28,873 bases of DNA from Bdellovibrionota bacterium FG-2 (GTDB lineage: Bacteria; Bdellovibrionota; UBA1018). The stretch lies in NCBI GenBank assembly GCA_051382305.1, contig JBBCAV010000273.1:1-28873 (forward strand). Reading direction: 5' to 3'. This document shows, piece after piece, positions 28,335 through 28,873 of the stretch. Under the pieces are notes generated by a model. It ran no database searches and was not told the DNA's origin. It saw only the letters and a program-made list of their open reading frames with translations. The position numbers and the translations under genes are program-made. Every line of letters starts with the position of its first letter. Position 1 is the stretch's first letter.

Positions 28335-28574
28335 TCACGGCAGCCTCTTCAGAATTGCTGCAATCTCTTCAGTCGGAGGTACTTTTCCACTCACAACGGT
28401 TTTACCGTCGACCACCAAAGCCGGGGTCATGAAAATTCCGCGTGCAATGATTTTTTCCATGTCATACACATGCGCAACCGTTGCGGATACTCCAGCGAGC
28501 GTCACCGCTTCCTTCGCGTGCTTTTCAAGATCCTGACACGAATGACAACCCGAACCAAGTACTTCAATTTTCAT
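28335..28574 (-). CDS. Small thioredoxin-like protein (MTH895-like), paralog of 18870-19154
   Basis: IEVLGSGCHSC...GIFMTPALVVDG...GKVP; RBS GAAGGG. Confidence 0.88.
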   Translation of the reverse strand: MKIEVLGSGCHSCQDLEKHAKEAVTLAGVSATVAHVYDMEKIIARGIFMTPALVVDGKTVVSGKVPPTEEIAAILKRLP

Positions 28575-28667
28575 GAAAACTGTCCCTTCTGCTTATCAAC
28601 TGTTTATTGGCGCAAAGGATATACCTCAGCATTCCCAGGGGAAAATCCGCGCATCCGGCACTTTACC

Positions 28668-28800
28668 TATTGATCCCAGCCGTAAATTGTCCTCTCTTCG
28701 GTGACAAAAAGGTCCCACTGCCCCTTTTTTTTCCATTTTTTGCTGGCACAGAGGTTTCTGCAGGTTCCAAAGTTGACGAGATAGGCTTTAGAATCCCCCA
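28668..28800 (-). mobile_element. Probable IS21-family right-end remnant
   Basis: TATTGATCCCAGCCGTAAATTGTCCTCT...AAAAGGTCCCACT resembles IS21 ends (TGTTGAT plus two tandem AAA.TG.CCCA boxes); no transposase is present. Confidence 0.4.
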
Positions 28801-28843
28801 ATAAATTGTGTACTTAAACTCAAAATCCCCTGCCGCCCCCCCG

Positions 28844-28860
28844 TTGGCACAACGCTCGCA
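28844..28860 (+). promoter_or_regulatory. Sigma-54 (-24/-12) promoter for a gene beyond the window
   Basis: TTGGCAC-AACGC-TCGCA: perfect -24 box with GG-N10-GC spacing. Confidence 0.6.
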
Positions 28861-28873
28861 CTATGTATAATGC

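Noticed and set aside
28743-28762. CTGGCACAGAGGTTTCTGCA as a second sigma-54 promoter
   Set aside because: The GG-to-GC spacing is not 10 nt.

Overview
Bacterial chromosomal window, most likely from a Bdellovibrionota/Oligoflexia-like or related delta-type organism. This is inferred from a dnaX-recR-mglA-dksA cluster lacking mglB, a degenerate HD-GYP protein and a VDARF heptad-repeat protein. The left half (1-15768) holds an aldehyde dehydrogenase (partial), a nucleoside kinase, an HD-GYP protein and a translationally coupled three-gene unit: putative beta-barrel porin + 7-heme cytochrome c + 2-heme lipoprotein cytochrome. An IS1634-family element with a 25-bp target duplication separates this unit from upstream ftsH and a CBM48-esterase gene. 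A coiled-coil repeat protein and dnaX-recR-mglA-dksA follow. The right half (15770-~28800) is an entirely minus-strand arsenic/metal island. It carries a 10-gene ars operon (arsR, acr3, Trx-fold::ArsC fusion, arsF-like, arsG-like, arsP, small thioredoxin, ArsD::AhpD/CMD fusion, arsA, arsM). Upstream of it lies a decaying module: thioredoxin, deleted permease, and a P2A-type ATPase interrupted by an IS3-family element. A probable IS21 end remnant and a sigma-54 promoter sit at the right edge. The best candidates for undescribed biology are the porin-multiheme cytochrome unit and the ars operon with two redox-domain fusions. All assignments come from motif reading, not database searches.
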